DNA of 64,000 bases from Ignavibacteriota bacterium. GTDB lineage: Bacteria; Bacteroidota; Ignavibacteria; UBA10030. The position numbers and the translations under genes were made by a program. The DNA lies in the NCBI GenBank assembly GCA_963701295.1, contig OY969585.1:3392001-3456000 (forward strand), written 5' to 3'. Of the stretch, positions 1-9,788 are shown one piece after another (the first letter of the stretch is position 1; every line of letters starts with the position of its first letter). The notes below the pieces were generated by a model. That model saw only the letters and a program-made list of their open reading frames with translations. It searched no databases and was not told the DNA's origin.

Positions 1-280
1 TGCCATTGAAGGCACCGCACATGCCCCTATCTCCCGATACAATCACAAGCAGCACACGCTTGACTTCACGTTCTTTTAGCAAGGGATGAATCGAGAGATC
101 AATTCTGGTTACCAAACGGCGAAGGAGATCGTTCATTTTGCGTGCATACGGACGTGTTGAAACGAGTGCCTCTTGAGCACGGCGAAGTTTTGCTGCTGCG
201 ACCATTTTCATCGCTTTGGTAATTTTCTGTGTGCTCTTAACGCTTGTGATCCGGCGCCGTATTTCTCGAAGTGTTGCCAC
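1..280 (-). CDS. atpG: ATP synthase F1 gamma subunit, 5' part (runs off the window edge)
   Basis: Manual translation from GTG at 280 gives MATLREIRRRITSVKSTQKITKAMKMVAAAKLRRAQE; lies directly downstream of atpA. Confidence 0.95.
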   Translation of the reverse strand, partial: MATLREIRRRITSVKSTQKITKAMKMVAAAKLRRAQEALVSTRPYARKMNDLLRRLVTRIDLSIHPLLKEREVKRVLLVIVSGDRGMCGAFNG

Positions 281-283
281 AGA

Positions 284-1837
284 TTACTTCACCGTTCCTT
301 TAAATTTCTGAACGAATTCTTTTGCAATCGAATGGAGTTTCGTTTCTATCTCTTTAGAAAGCTCTTTCGTCTCGGCGATTGTTTCAAGGACATCTGCATA
401 TTTCATGTCCATCATCTCAAGAAAGTCTTTTTCAAATCGCTGTACTTCTTCTAACGGGAGATCATCTAAATATCCATTCGTACCTGTGAACATACTCGCC
501 ACTTGTTTCTCGACCGGCATCAGAACATATTGACCTTGTTTAAGCAACTCAACAAGATGAGAACCACGGCGCAATGTTTGCTGAGTCGATTTATCAAGAT
601 CAGAACCGAATTTCGAAAACGCTTCCAACTCGCGATACTGGGCAAGATCCATGCGCAGACGTCCCGCTACTCGTTTCATCGCCTTGATCTGTGCGTATCC
701 ACCAACACGTGATACCGAGATACCGACATTGATTGCAGGACGAACGCCGGCGTTAAACAAGCCGGGTTCAAGATAAATCTGCCCATCAGTAATAGAAATG
801 ACATTGGTTGGTATATATGCAGAAACGTCACCTGCTTGCGTTTCGATAATCGGTAATGCAGTGAGGCTTCCGCCGCCGAGTTCGTCATTAAGCTTTGACG
901 CTCGTTCTAATAAACGTGAGTGCAGATAGAATACATCACCAGGATACGCTTCACGTCCCGGAGGTCTGCGCAACAGTAACGACATCTGACGATACGCTTG
1001 CGCATGCTTTGATAAATCATCGTAGATTACAAGTGCATGACGACTGGAATCGCGAAAATATTCTCCCAGCGTGGCACCTGCATAGGGAGCGATAAACTGC
1101 AACGGCGCAGAATCGCTCGCAGATGCATGAATCACCGTCGTATATTCTATTGCCCCATTTTCTTCTAGTGTTGCTACCACCTGCGCAACAGTCGATCCCT
1201 TTTGACCGATAGCGACATAAATGCAATACACCGGCTTGATGTCTTCTTTCTTCGCCTTCTCTGTGTGTGTATATTTTTGATTGATAATCGTATCAATCGC
1301 AATCGCGGTTTTCCCTGTTTGGCGGTCTCCAATAATCAACTCTCGCTGTCCGCGCCCAATCGGGATCATGCCATCCACCGGTTTGATGCCGGTCTGCAAA
1401 GGTTCTTTCACTGGACTTCGAGCAATAACACCGAGCGCCTTGCGTTCCAACGGAAGGAATGTATTAGTCTTGATAGGACCTTTTCCATCAAGCGGTTGAC
1501 CAAGTGGTGTCATCACACGCCCAAGCATCTGTTCACCCACGGGCATGGATGCGACACGACTCGTTCGCTTCACGGTGTCGCCTTCCTTGATATGCGTAGG
1601 ATCACCAAAAATCACGCATCCGACATTGTCTTCTTCGAGATTCAACGCCATACCGAATACGTTGCCTGGGAATTCCACTAACTCGCTCGCCATAACTTTC
1701 GAGAGACCATAAACGCGTGCGATGCCATCACCGACTTGCAGGACGGTTCCGACATCATATACATCTACTTCCTTTTCAAAACCTGAAAGTTGTTTTCGTA
1801 ATATTGCTGATACTTCATCTGGTCGTACTTCTGCCAT
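284..1837 (-). CDS. atpA: ATP synthase F1 alpha subunit
   Basis: GDRQTGKT Walker [24 protein letters not shown] motif. Confidence 0.99.
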   Translation of the reverse strand: MAEVRPDEVSAILRKQLSGFEKEVDVYDVGTVLQVGDGIARVYGLSKVMASELVEFPGNVFGMALNLEEDNVGCVIFGDPTHIKEGDTVKRTSRVASMPVGEQMLGRVMTPLGQPLDGKGPIKTNTFLPLERKALGVIARSPVKEPLQTGIKPVDGMIPIGRGQRELIIGDRQTGKTAIAIDTIINQKYTHTEKAKKEDIKPVYCIYVAIGQKGSTVAQVVATLEENGAIEYTTVIHASASDSAPLQFIAPYAGATLGEYFRDSSRHALVIYDDLSKHAQAYRQMSLLLRRPPGREAYPGDVFYLHSRLLERASKLNDELGGGSLTALPIIETQAGDVSAYIPTNVISITDGQIYLEPGLFNAGVRPAINVGISVSRVGGYAQIKAMKRVAGRLRMDLAQYRELEAFSKFGSDLDKSTQQTLRRGSHLVELLKQGQYVLMPVEKQVASMFTGTNGYLDDLPLEEVQRFEKDFLEMMDMKYADVLETIAETKELSKEIETKLHSIAKEFVQKFKGTVK

Positions 1838-1916
1838 TTTCTTCCTCTATGTATCTCCAGCACAAATCTACTGGATGATATTGAACAAATATTATTTAAT
1901 AATTATTATTTGAAAA

Positions 1917-2468
1917 TTATGCAACAGCAATCTCCTCCTCAAACCTCTTGCGAAGAAGTTCAAGCTGTCGCTTCACGCTGCCATCAAACATCGTATCTCC
2001 GATGCGAGCTATGAAGCCGCCAATTAATTTTGGATCCAAGCTTATGTCGACGCGAACTTTCTTCTTTGAGTACGCTTCAAATCTCTGCTCAAGTTGTACT
2101 GTTTGTTGTGCCGATAATTCTGCTGCTGCATTTACGTGCACATTGACGATTCCCAAAGCCTCATCCTGCAGACGAAAGAAAGCCTCAATGATGTTCAAAA
2201 GAATATCCTCCCGCCTCTTTTCAGCAAGAAGAAATAAGAATTTTAGCGTGAGCGGTTGAATCGCCTCGCCAAACGTCGCTTCAAACACCTGCTGTTTCTT
2301 CTCCTTTTTTATGATAGGGCTCTTCAAGAACAGCTGGAACTCGTGCGATTCATTGATACTCCGCCGGAGAACAGTGAAATCATCGCTCACACGTTTAAGT
2401 ACTTGGAGTTCTTCAGCGGTGGTCATCAACGCTTCGGCATAACGATTTGCTGTTCGCAGATTACTCAT
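1917..2468 (-). CDS. atpH: ATP synthase F1 delta subunit
   Basis: ANRYAEAL N-terminus, DPKLIGGFIARIGD..DGSVK C-terminus, operon position. Confidence 0.96.
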   Translation of the reverse strand: MSNLRTANRYAEALMTTAEELQVLKRVSDDFTVLRRSINESHEFQLFLKSPIIKKEKKQQVFEATFGEAIQPLTLKFLFLLAEKRREDILLNIIEAFFRLQDEALGIVNVHVNAAAELSAQQTVQLEQRFEAYSKKKVRVDISLDPKLIGGFIARIGDTMFDGSVKRQLELLRKRFEEEIAVA

Positions 2469-2474
2469 AATCTA

Positions 2475-2960
2475 TTAGTTCTTCGGAAGTTGATTCATTA
2501 CAGAATCTATGAGTTTCTTTTGCCTCTTCTCGTCTAGTGTTTCTTCGAGAATTTTTTCTGTCGCTTTGATTGCAAGATCGGCGACTTCTGCACGAAGCTG
2601 CAGTTTCGCTGCATCCACATTGCGTTGGATTTCTTCCGTCGCCAGTTTCAGTTCTTGCTGAGCTTGTTGTTTTGCCTTCGTTACAATATCTTCCTTTAAC
2701 TTTTCGGCAAGCGCCTTACCTTCGTGGATCATCTTTTGGTATTCTTCTTCCGCGCGGGCAAGATTCTTTTCATTTTGCTTCAGCATCTCCGCTGCTTCCG
2801 CTCGCGCACGATCCGCTTCTTCAAGCGCATTGCGAATCTTGCTCTCACGCTCCTCAAGCATTTTCAAAATCGGCTTCCAAGCGAATTTTTTCATCACCGA
2901 CAAGAGAACAAGAAACGTAATTATTGTCCAGACGATAAGTCCGGGGTTAATCTCAAACAT
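2475..2960 (-). CDS. atpF: ATP synthase F0 subunit b
   Basis: N-terminal TM helix then KFAWKPIL and a long coiled coil; operon position. Confidence 0.96.
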   Translation of the reverse strand: MFEINPGLIVWTIITFLVLLSVMKKFAWKPILKMLEERESKIRNALEEADRARAEAAEMLKQNEKNLARAEEEYQKMIHEGKALAEKLKEDIVTKAKQQAQQELKLATEEIQRNVDAAKLQLRAEVADLAIKATEKILEETLDEKRQKKLIDSVMNQLPKN

Positions 2961-2979
2961 TGATCAGCGTTCCTTTTCT

Positions 2980-3225
2980 TTATACTTTAAGTGCGAGAAT
3001 AATGCATATCGCAAGTGCAAAAAAAGTAGCACCTTCGATAAGCGCTGCAGCAATCAACATTGACACACGTACTTCTGCGGCAACTTCCGGTTGACGACCA
3101 CTAGCTTCCATTGCGGCGGCGGCAAGTTTACCGATACCGAATGCTGCACCAAGAACAACAATTCCTGCTCCAAATCCTGCGGCGAGATATGCTATTGCTG
3201 TTGCTGACATCGAAAAATCCTCCAA
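2980..3225 (-). CDS. atpE: ATP synthase F0 subunit c (true start possibly MSAT at 3210)
   Basis: GxGxGxG-like helix, RQPE loop, LIEG ion-binding glutamate. Confidence 0.97.
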   Translation of the reverse strand: MEDFSMSATAIAYLAAGFGAGIVVLGAAFGIGKLAAAAMEASGRQPEVAAEVRVSMLIAAALIEGATFFALAICIILALKV

Positions 3226-3255
3226 ATATGGTTAAAGTGATTTTGATTTTTTTAT

Positions 3256-4173
3256 TTAGTGTTTCAAACCTTCTTCATGACTGCTCGCTGGCATACCCAA
3301 ACCCATGAACAACGAAGTGAGCATAGTAAAAACGTACGCCTGCAAAAATGCTACAAATAATTCCAGCATATATATTCCAACAATAAACATCAAAGGTAAG
3401 GGTGCAACGATATACGATTGGAACATCAAAACCAATCCGAAAAGAGAAAGAATAACAATATGCCCACCTGTCATGTTTGCGAATAAACGCATACAGAGTG
3501 CAAATGGTTTTGTAAAGAGACTAAGAATTTCAATAGGGATCATTATGATCCAGAGATACCAAGGGGCTCCACCTGCGAGATGTGCTAAATAATGCTTAAG
3601 CCCTTGGGCACGTATGGCAGAAATCTGAATCATACAAAAAGCTATCAGCGCAAGACCGGCAGTAACCATAATATTACCGGTAGACGTGGCACCATAAGGG
3701 ATAAGTCCTGCTAAATTCATGATTAGGATATAAAAGAATGTTGTTAGTAAATACGGCATGTATCTCAAGCCGGCTGGTCCCATATTGGGAAGCACCACTT
3801 CATCACGAAGGAATACTATTACCATTTCTATTAAATTCACAAATCCTTGAGGTACAAAACTTTTCTTGTAAGACCTCGCAACATAGATCATAGCAATGAG
3901 GAGCAGAACTCCGCACAATAAAAGAAAAAAAACATGCTTGGTCATCGAAAGATCTATTGCGGTACCACCAAAATGAACCGGTGTAAACTGCGGTAAGGAG
4001 ATATGCCCAAACGGAATTTCGACGCTCCGTGAATCTTTCATATGGTCGAGGAGGTGTATAAAGTTAAAACCCTCACCATGCTCGCCAGAAGTATGGGCGA
4101 CTGCCGCAGTATCTGCCAGCGCATGAGCCGCATGCTGAAGAGTATCTTGCACTATTGGATTCTCGAAGATCAA
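3256..4173 (-). CDS. atpB: ATP synthase F0 subunit a
   Basis: KPFALCMRLFANMTGGH and LQAYVFTML motifs. Confidence 0.97.
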   Translation of the reverse strand: MIFENPIVQDTLQHAAHALADTAAVAHTSGEHGEGFNFIHLLDHMKDSRSVEIPFGHISLPQFTPVHFGGTAIDLSMTKHVFFLLLCGVLLLIAMIYVARSYKKSFVPQGFVNLIEMVIVFLRDEVVLPNMGPAGLRYMPYLLTTFFYILIMNLAGLIPYGATSTGNIMVTAGLALIAFCMIQISAIRAQGLKHYLAHLAGGAPWYLWIIMIPIEILSLFTKPFALCMRLFANMTGGHIVILSLFGLVLMFQSYIVAPLPLMFIVGIYMLELFVAFLQAYVFTMLTSLFMGLGMPASSHEEGLKH

Positions 4174-4185
4174 TACTTTCTCAAT

Positions 4186-4578
4186 CTATTTTTTTGTGGA
4201 GACTCTTTTTTGAAGATAATAAATTTCTAATCCCAAATTCATCACATAGAAAAATAACAATGTCAGCATTAACGATGCTGGATGGAAGCCGAATATTCGA
4301 ATGAGTAGTAAAAATGCTCCCCACATCAACATCAACCGTCCGACCATTCCACCTAACACATATTTCAAAAAAGTTGTATGTGATCGCTCGAAAGATGCTT
4401 CAATTGCCAAATATCCCAATAATAAATTCGCAAGACTCATGATGCTGCCCGCAATAATACTGTGCATCACTTCTCTTGTTGCAAACTCCGAAATCGGATA
4501 ATAGGTGAGTGCCGCCGTACAAGTGAAACAGAACAATACTAATCGCAGAAATGACCAATCAATTTTCACGCTTATCAC
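4186..4578 (-). CDS. ATP synthase subunit I-like membrane protein
   Basis: Four predicted TM helices, immediately upstream of atpB. Confidence 0.75.
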   Translation of the reverse strand: MISVKIDWSFLRLVLFCFTCTAALTYYPISEFATREVMHSIIAGSIMSLANLLLGYLAIEASFERSHTTFLKYVLGGMVGRLMLMWGAFLLLIRIFGFHPASLMLTLLFFYVMNLGLEIYYLQKRVSTKK

Positions 4579-4855
4579 TCATTCGATTTCGTTCTTCATC
4601 CGCAATCATTGAAGCAACCGATTTGAAAAATTTTACAAATCCTCCTACCATTCCTACCAACGTTCCTACTAATTTTCCGATCGGTGCAATTCCGTATCTT
4701 TTATCAATCCAATCACCAATAAAAAAGAAGACAACAACCGCTGCCGCCAATTGAAATCCTAGCGTCAGGTACGGTCCATATTGACGATACGTTCCTTGGA
4801 TTTCAACTTTTTTCTTTTTGTCTTGCGTTCCACTATTCGGAGATTCAGAGTTCAT
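4559..4855 (-). CDS. AtpZ/AtpI family protein
   Basis: LGFQLAAAVVVFFFIGDWIDKRYG..P two-TM pattern, first gene of the atp cluster. Confidence 0.85.
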   Translation of the reverse strand: MNSESPNSGTQDKKKKVEIQGTYRQYGPYLTLGFQLAAAVVVFFFIGDWIDKRYGIAPIGKLVGTLVGMVGGFVKFFKSVASMIADEERNRMSDKREN

Positions 4856-4886
4856 CCCGTATCCTTGGTCTCCGATTTTATTCCAA

Positions 4887-5252
4887 TCAGTGTTTCACTT
4901 CATACGTCGGAGCTCTATCAGTCATAGAAACTTTACCGTCGAAAATCGACCCCTCATCAATGACAAGGCGAGTGGCACGGATATCGGCACGTACGACCGA
5001 TTTTCCTTCAAACACAATTTTTTCTGCAACATTGATCGTACCGCGCACTTTTCCACCGATGGTAACATTTTTCGCGGTAACATTCCCATCGATCTCGCCG
5101 GTAACGCCTACGGCAAGCGATTCACTTGCTGTCACTTCACCGACTAATTTTCCATCCACACGTACGCTGCCTTGGCTTCGAATCTTACCTTCCACAACTG
5201 TCCCGGCGCCAATGATGTTCATTTCTTTGATGGGGTCAATTTTCGTAACCAC
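4887..5252 (-). CDS. Bactofilin (polymer-forming cytoskeletal protein)
   Basis: IIGAGTVVEGKI..VRVDGKLVGEV..IDEGSIFDG beta-helix pattern; adjacent to an M23 peptidase as is typical. Confidence 0.92.
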   Translation of the reverse strand: MVTKIDPIKEMNIIGAGTVVEGKIRSQGSVRVDGKLVGEVTASESLAVGVTGEIDGNVTAKNVTIGGKVRGTINVAEKIVFEGKSVVRADIRATRLVIDEGSIFDGKVSMTDRAPTYEVKH

Positions 5253-5261
5253 AGATCACCT

Positions 5262-6152
5262 CTAGAGATAATAATTAATCATATAAACGGATGGATCCAC
5301 CGAAACTCCATCTTTCCAAATTTCAAAATGCAGATGCGGACCAGAACTCGTGGCTCCAGAATTTCCCAAGGTTGCAATTGGTTCGCCTCGCCGAACGAAC
5401 GAACCGGCAGATTTCAACAACGTTTGATTGTGCTTGTAGAAACTCAAAAAACCGCCCGCGTGTGATATAATGACTATATATCCATCGTTGGATGTCCAAC
5501 CGGAAAAAACAACGTTTCCATCTGCGGCTGCATTAATGAGCGTGCCTATCTTTCCGGCAATATCCAGCCCATAATGGTTAGACTCAGGCTCGTATCCACG
5601 TGTCATATATCCTTCGGTCGGAAGAATTGCAGGAAATGATACTGCACTTCGCCCGTCTGTTTCAGACTTCGTAGTCTGGGTTGGAATCATCCGCTGTGCG
5701 GAATTCATCAATCGGACTGATCTAGCAGTTATTTGTCCTTCCTGTAACAAATCACTTTTTTCTGCCTGAGAAGTTCGCGAAGTTACTTTGACACTTCCGG
5801 AATCAGATAACGTAATATTCTCTCCAAATGCCCGTCGGAGTTTGATGTTATAACTTCGTAACTCGACAAGCTGCTCCATCAAACTCATCATTTGTTGGTT
5901 CAAAGAGACCAACTCTCTGCTATACCTATTTTCAAGTCCTTTATTCGACAATGGGAATACCTGACCTAATGGAGTATAGGTCAGAGCGAGCACCACGATC
6001 ATTACTGCCAATACAGCGAAAAGCACGAATCCTGTTACCAATTGCCAGAAAGCTAGTTGGAAGTTTTTAGTTTTGCTGGCATCTTCATCCGGCACCAGTA
6101 CAATCGTGTATCGGTTTTTTTTCGATTTATGGTGCTGACGATCTGCTGCCAA
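5262..6152 (-). CDS. M23 family metallopeptidase with N-terminal TM helix and coiled coil
   Basis: HYGLDIA (HxxxD) and GPHLHFEIW (HxH) motifs. Confidence 0.93.
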   Translation of the reverse strand: MAADRQHHKSKKNRYTIVLVPDEDASKTKNFQLAFWQLVTGFVLFAVLAVMIVVLALTYTPLGQVFPLSNKGLENRYSRELVSLNQQMMSLMEQLVELRSYNIKLRRAFGENITLSDSGSVKVTSRTSQAEKSDLLQEGQITARSVRLMNSAQRMIPTQTTKSETDGRSAVSFPAILPTEGYMTRGYEPESNHYGLDIAGKIGTLINAAADGNVVFSGWTSNDGYIVIISHAGGFLSFYKHNQTLLKSAGSFVRRGEPIATLGNSGATSSGPHLHFEIWKDGVSVDPSVYMINYYL

Positions 6153-6234
6153 ACGCTACTTTTCACCTCATTTGTGACTTATATTAGATATAAAGTATAA
6201 TAAAAAAAAGGTGAAAATCAAAATTATGCGTTGC

Positions 6235-6263
6235 TTGACTTCCCTGTCGATTTTGCGTATATT
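6235..6263 (+). promoter_or_regulatory. Sigma70-type promoter for the 6351 ORF and rpsU
   Basis: TTGACT-17 bp-TATATT. Confidence 0.55.
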
Positions 6264-6350
6264 TAAACAATTAGTTGGCTAACTTTTGTTTTCTCCATAT
6301 TGAATCAGCCAACCTCATGCAACCCAAAGAAGGGTTAATAGGGAATCAAA

Positions 6351-6749
6351 ATGGCAAAGACAAAATACATCATGCACCAATGTGCATACTGTCGGCGGGA
6401 AACAAAGATGGAATTCATAGGCGGCCAGCCATCTGAGGATACCAACACTGAGATTATAAAGGTTTGGTACCGCTGTGGTAAATGCAAACACAGTGCGTTA
6501 CTCACACTCTCTCCTGCAAGTCAGATGAAGAAGAAACGTGCTGTTGCCATTAACCGTGAACTCTGCACACCATACGCCAAAGAAAAGATATTCTCGGTTG
6601 GTGAAAACATTTATCACTCAGAATGGGATGATGTCGGAAAGGTCGTCCGAAAAGACAAAATGTCGAATGGAATTCATTCTATTGTCGTTACATTCGAAAA
6701 AATTGGTGAGCGAAAGCTGCTGGAAAACATCCAGGCATTATCAGAATAA
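6351..6749 (+). CDS. Hypothetical protein with two CxxC pairs (zinc ribbon-like)
   Basis: CAYC and CGKC motifs; ORF upstream of rpsU. Confidence 0.75.
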   Translation: MAKTKYIMHQCAYCRRETKMEFIGGQPSEDTNTEIIKVWYRCGKCKHSALLTLSPASQMKKKRAVAINRELCTPYAKEKIFSVGENIYHSEWDDVGKVVRKDKMSNGIHSIVVTFEKIGERKLLENIQALSE

Positions 6750-6802
6750 GTATTTAGAGACTAAGTTGTGTTGTTGTTACCCTGAGCGAAGGAGGTGATT
6801 TC

Positions 6803-6997
6803 TTGGTCGGCATTATTATAGGTGAAAATGAACCAATCGACCGTGCTATACGACGTTTTAAGAAGAAATATGAACGATCAGGCATTCTGAAAGAAGTAAA
6901 GAAGCGTGCATTCTTCACTAAACCTTCGGTCAAGAAACGCATGAAGCAAGCGAAAGCAATTCGCCGGTCTCAGCGTGCAGCATCAGAAGAATTGTGA
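6803..6997 (+). CDS. rpsU: 30S ribosomal protein S21
   Basis: ENEPIDRAIRRFKKK..GILKEVKKRAFFTKPS; AGGAGG SD upstream. Confidence 0.97.
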   Translation: MVGIIIGENEPIDRAIRRFKKKYERSGILKEVKKRAFFTKPSVKKRMKQAKAIRRSQRAASEEL

Positions 6998-7018
6998 TCG
7001 TATGCATGATAGTAAACG

Positions 7019-7053
7019 AAAAGCCTCTTCAACTTTCAGTTGATGGGGCTTTT
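7019..7053. terminator. Bidirectional intrinsic terminator
   Basis: aaaagcctcttcaac-tttca-gttgatggggctttt between convergent genes. Confidence 0.75.
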
Positions 7054-7073
7054 CTGATTTGAAGTGCGTTTTT

Positions 7074-7613
7074 TTACTTAATATTCTGTCCAGCCGATTC
7101 CTCACGTTGTCGTGCCACTTCCATCAGATGGTGAATAGTCTGAAAATCTGCTGAACGCTGAGAGTGCACTACCATCCATCGATTATCCCGTCGTTCAAGA
7201 ATAAAGGTAGTAGGCAGATATTCGTCCATCATAATTCCATTGAGTGAATATGTCTGCCGGAGAATAAAGAACGCATAGGCACCATCGTTATACACCTTGA
7301 CATTCATGCTTTCTAAACGGTTTTTATACTCTTTGATTCCAGACATTGCGCGGCGCATGCGCGATTTTGTAGTATCAATCGGCTCTGTCATCCCCCAATA
7401 CGTTACATAATAGACATCCTTATCAAAGAAATTGTCTATCAAGCTATCAGTGTTCACTGGAATGCCAGTATAAGCCCGTTTCAGCGCTTGATAGAAATCA
7501 GCAATTTCACGTTCGATGAGTGCAGCATCCTCAGATATATCATCCGATGATTTCTTTTTTTCTGAGGTACAGGAGATCACCAGCACTAAAAGTAACGATG
7601 CTATAATTCTCAT
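7074..7613 (-). CDS. NTF2/SnoaL-like lipoprotein
   Basis: Lipobox VISC; C-terminal TTFILERRDNRWMVVHSQRS typical of the NTF2-like fold. Confidence 0.75.
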   Translation of the reverse strand: MRIIASLLLVLVISCTSEKKKSSDDISEDAALIEREIADFYQALKRAYTGIPVNTDSLIDNFFDKDVYYVTYWGMTEPIDTTKSRMRRAMSGIKEYKNRLESMNVKVYNDGAYAFFILRQTYSLNGIMMDEYLPTTFILERRDNRWMVVHSQRSADFQTIHHLMEVARQREESAGQNIK

Positions 7614-7661
7614 GTATTGCCTCTTCTCAATATTTTCGGATACAAAATTTTTGTTGTTTCC

Positions 7662-8630
7662 TTACCGGTAAAAATTTCGTTCCCACTTATGCTTGCGAAT
7701 TTCTTCAATCATTCTATCGCTCAACTTTCTTCCATCGGAAAATCGACAATTCGCCTCGACGTTTGCAACACTGCGCATTCCCGGTATAACTGTTGATACA
7801 GCAGGATGATGTAAGCAAAAACGTAATGCTAACTCGGGTAATGTTGCCGCTTCCTTGCCAAGAAGCTGCGTGAGTGCATTTGTTCGTTCGACAATTTGTT
7901 GTTTCCGATCATCGCGGAAGTAATGATTGCGGAAATCTCCTGCAGGGAATTTTGTCTCCGTTGTAATCTTCCCTGTCAATCCGCCTTCGTCCAATGGCAC
8001 ACGGATGATAATTCCGATATTCTTTTCCTGGCAAAGCTGGAAAAGATTTTTCTCAGGAGTTTGATCAAAAATGTTATATATTACTTGAAACGAATCCACT
8101 AATCCCGTTGCAGCAACTTTCAATGCATTGTCCGGCTGGTGGTCATTAATAGAAATCCCGAAGAATCGTATTTTCCTTTGTTCCTTTAACTTGGCGATAG
8201 CATCTTGCCATTCAGCATCCGGCGTCCAATCATCATCCCACACATGGAATTGCTGAACATCAATGGTGTCAATGTTAAGGTTTTTCAAACTAGTTTCAGT
8301 GGATTTGATAATATGATCGTAAGGATATGCTTCACGCAGTTTTGTTCCCGATGGTGCCGGCCATTTTCCGTTTTTGGGAGGAATCTTCGATGCGATATAC
8401 AATCGTTCCTTCCGCTCCTTTATCACCTTTCCAACTAAATTCTCAGAGTGCCCATCGCCATACACCAAAGCCGTATCGATGAAGTTCAATCCAAGATCAA
8501 CGGCACGGTGTAAGGCACGAATTGATTCATCATCCTTTGCGCCATACCATAATGTCCCACCAATGCCCCATGCACCAAAACCAATTTCTGAAATCTTAAG
8601 ACTGGTTTTGCCAAGTTTTCTGAATTCCAT
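7662..8630 (-). CDS. Aldo/keto reductase
   Basis: LGKTSLKISEIGFGAW, NFIDTALVYGDGHSE, VSTVIPG motifs. Confidence 0.95.
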   Translation of the reverse strand: MEFRKLGKTSLKISEIGFGAWGIGGTLWYGAKDDESIRALHRAVDLGLNFIDTALVYGDGHSENLVGKVIKERKERLYIASKIPPKNGKWPAPSGTKLREAYPYDHIIKSTETSLKNLNIDTIDVQQFHVWDDDWTPDAEWQDAIAKLKEQRKIRFFGISINDHQPDNALKVAATGLVDSFQVIYNIFDQTPEKNLFQLCQEKNIGIIIRVPLDEGGLTGKITTETKFPAGDFRNHYFRDDRKQQIVERTNALTQLLGKEAATLPELALRFCLHHPAVSTVIPGMRSVANVEANCRFSDGRKLSDRMIEEIRKHKWERNFYR

Positions 8631-8645
8631 GACATTTTTCCTTTC

Positions 8646-8879
8646 TCAATTTTCTTCATCGGTCAGCTTCTTCCACTTTTCTTCAAGGGCTTGTTTGGAA
8701 TTCTTTGGGAAAAACTTTGCATGGAGTTGCTTCAACTTCGCCATGGTGAGAGAATCAAGTTCTTCGTCGTCACGATCTCTCTTGAGCATCATCTCAAACG
8801 ATTGTCGTTCATCCGAGCTCATTTTCGTCATCACTTGCTTCAGCCGCTGAGCCATCTTGCGTTGTTCAACCGATGTCAT
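8646..8879 (-). CDS. Hypothetical protein
   Basis: 77-aa ORF in operon, GAGGAA SD. Confidence 0.7.
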   Translation of the reverse strand: MTSVEQRKMAQRLKQVMTKMSSDERQSFEMMLKRDRDDEELDSLTMAKLKQLHAKFFPKNSKQALEEKWKKLTDEEN

Positions 8880-8903
8880 GTATGTTCCTCTGATGAATGA
8901 AAA

Positions 8904-9404
8904 TTATTTCGCCCACTTCTTCAGAAACGCAAAGACCTTTGTTTTATCGTGTCCTTTGTATGGATAATCTTTAGGAAATTCCAATTCTCCCGTGTCCTGT
9001 GAGTGTATCAGTTGACCGTTTTTATTAAGAATAAAGATATGCGGATACCCTGCAACTTTCGGATACGTCGAAAGAACTGCTTGGTTCTCATTCTCCTTGC
9101 TTACATTGATCTTAACAACAACGTAATTCTTGATGAGATAGTTTTCAAGGTCTTTATTCTGAATGAAAAGACTATCAAGACGATGACACCAGATACACCA
9201 CTCACCGCCAATATCAAGAAGAATGCGCTTGTTAGATTTCTTCGCCAGTACAATAGCATCTTGAATATCTTTCTGTGCATCGCGTGCGGGATCAAACTTC
9301 TGGTGTTGTTCAGATGCTGGTTTTGTGGAACCAATAGGTTGTGCAAGAATAAGCGAACTGGTTAGCACAATGAATATAAACAGTGTGAAAATCGTTATTT
9401 TCAT
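8904..9404 (-). CDS. Secreted thioredoxin-family protein
   Basis: Signal peptide and GGEWCIWCHRL CxxC motif. Confidence 0.9.
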   Translation of the reverse strand: MKITIFTLFIFIVLTSSLILAQPIGSTKPASEQHQKFDPARDAQKDIQDAIVLAKKSNKRILLDIGGEWCIWCHRLDSLFIQNKDLENYLIKNYVVVKINVSKENENQAVLSTYPKVAGYPHIFILNKNGQLIHSQDTGELEFPKDYPYKGHDKTKVFAFLKKWAK

Positions 9405-9788
9405 AAAAAAATCTCCCAGTCACTTTTTAACACATCTAAATAAAATCTACTATATCTACTTTCCAATAGCAAACAAAAAACCTTGACGCACTACATAATG
9501 CCGGAGTAATGGAGACAGCTCATAGTAGCGCCTGCAACTATGAACTTATAACTGATGTATCTTTTAGGAGGGAGGTACTGGTTTTCCCCTCGTTAAAACA
9601 TAGATAGTACACACATGAACAATGAAGTACAATCACGCTTCTTGTATTAACCACGGAAGTCAATATAATCTTAGAGCTGTGAGAAGATATTTATTTTCTC
9701 TCTCCCTCCCGAAGGTTCGCATAGAGAGGCTTATTACAACTAGCTCTGTCCTTCCCGCTTGCACCACTATCCTTCGTAATCAGGGATG

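Noticed and set aside
2980-3225. Na+-coupled ATP synthase, suggested by nearby Na+-type transporters
   Set aside because: Subunit c has LIEG and lacks the Q..ES/T sodium-binding signature, so it is consistent with H+ coupling.
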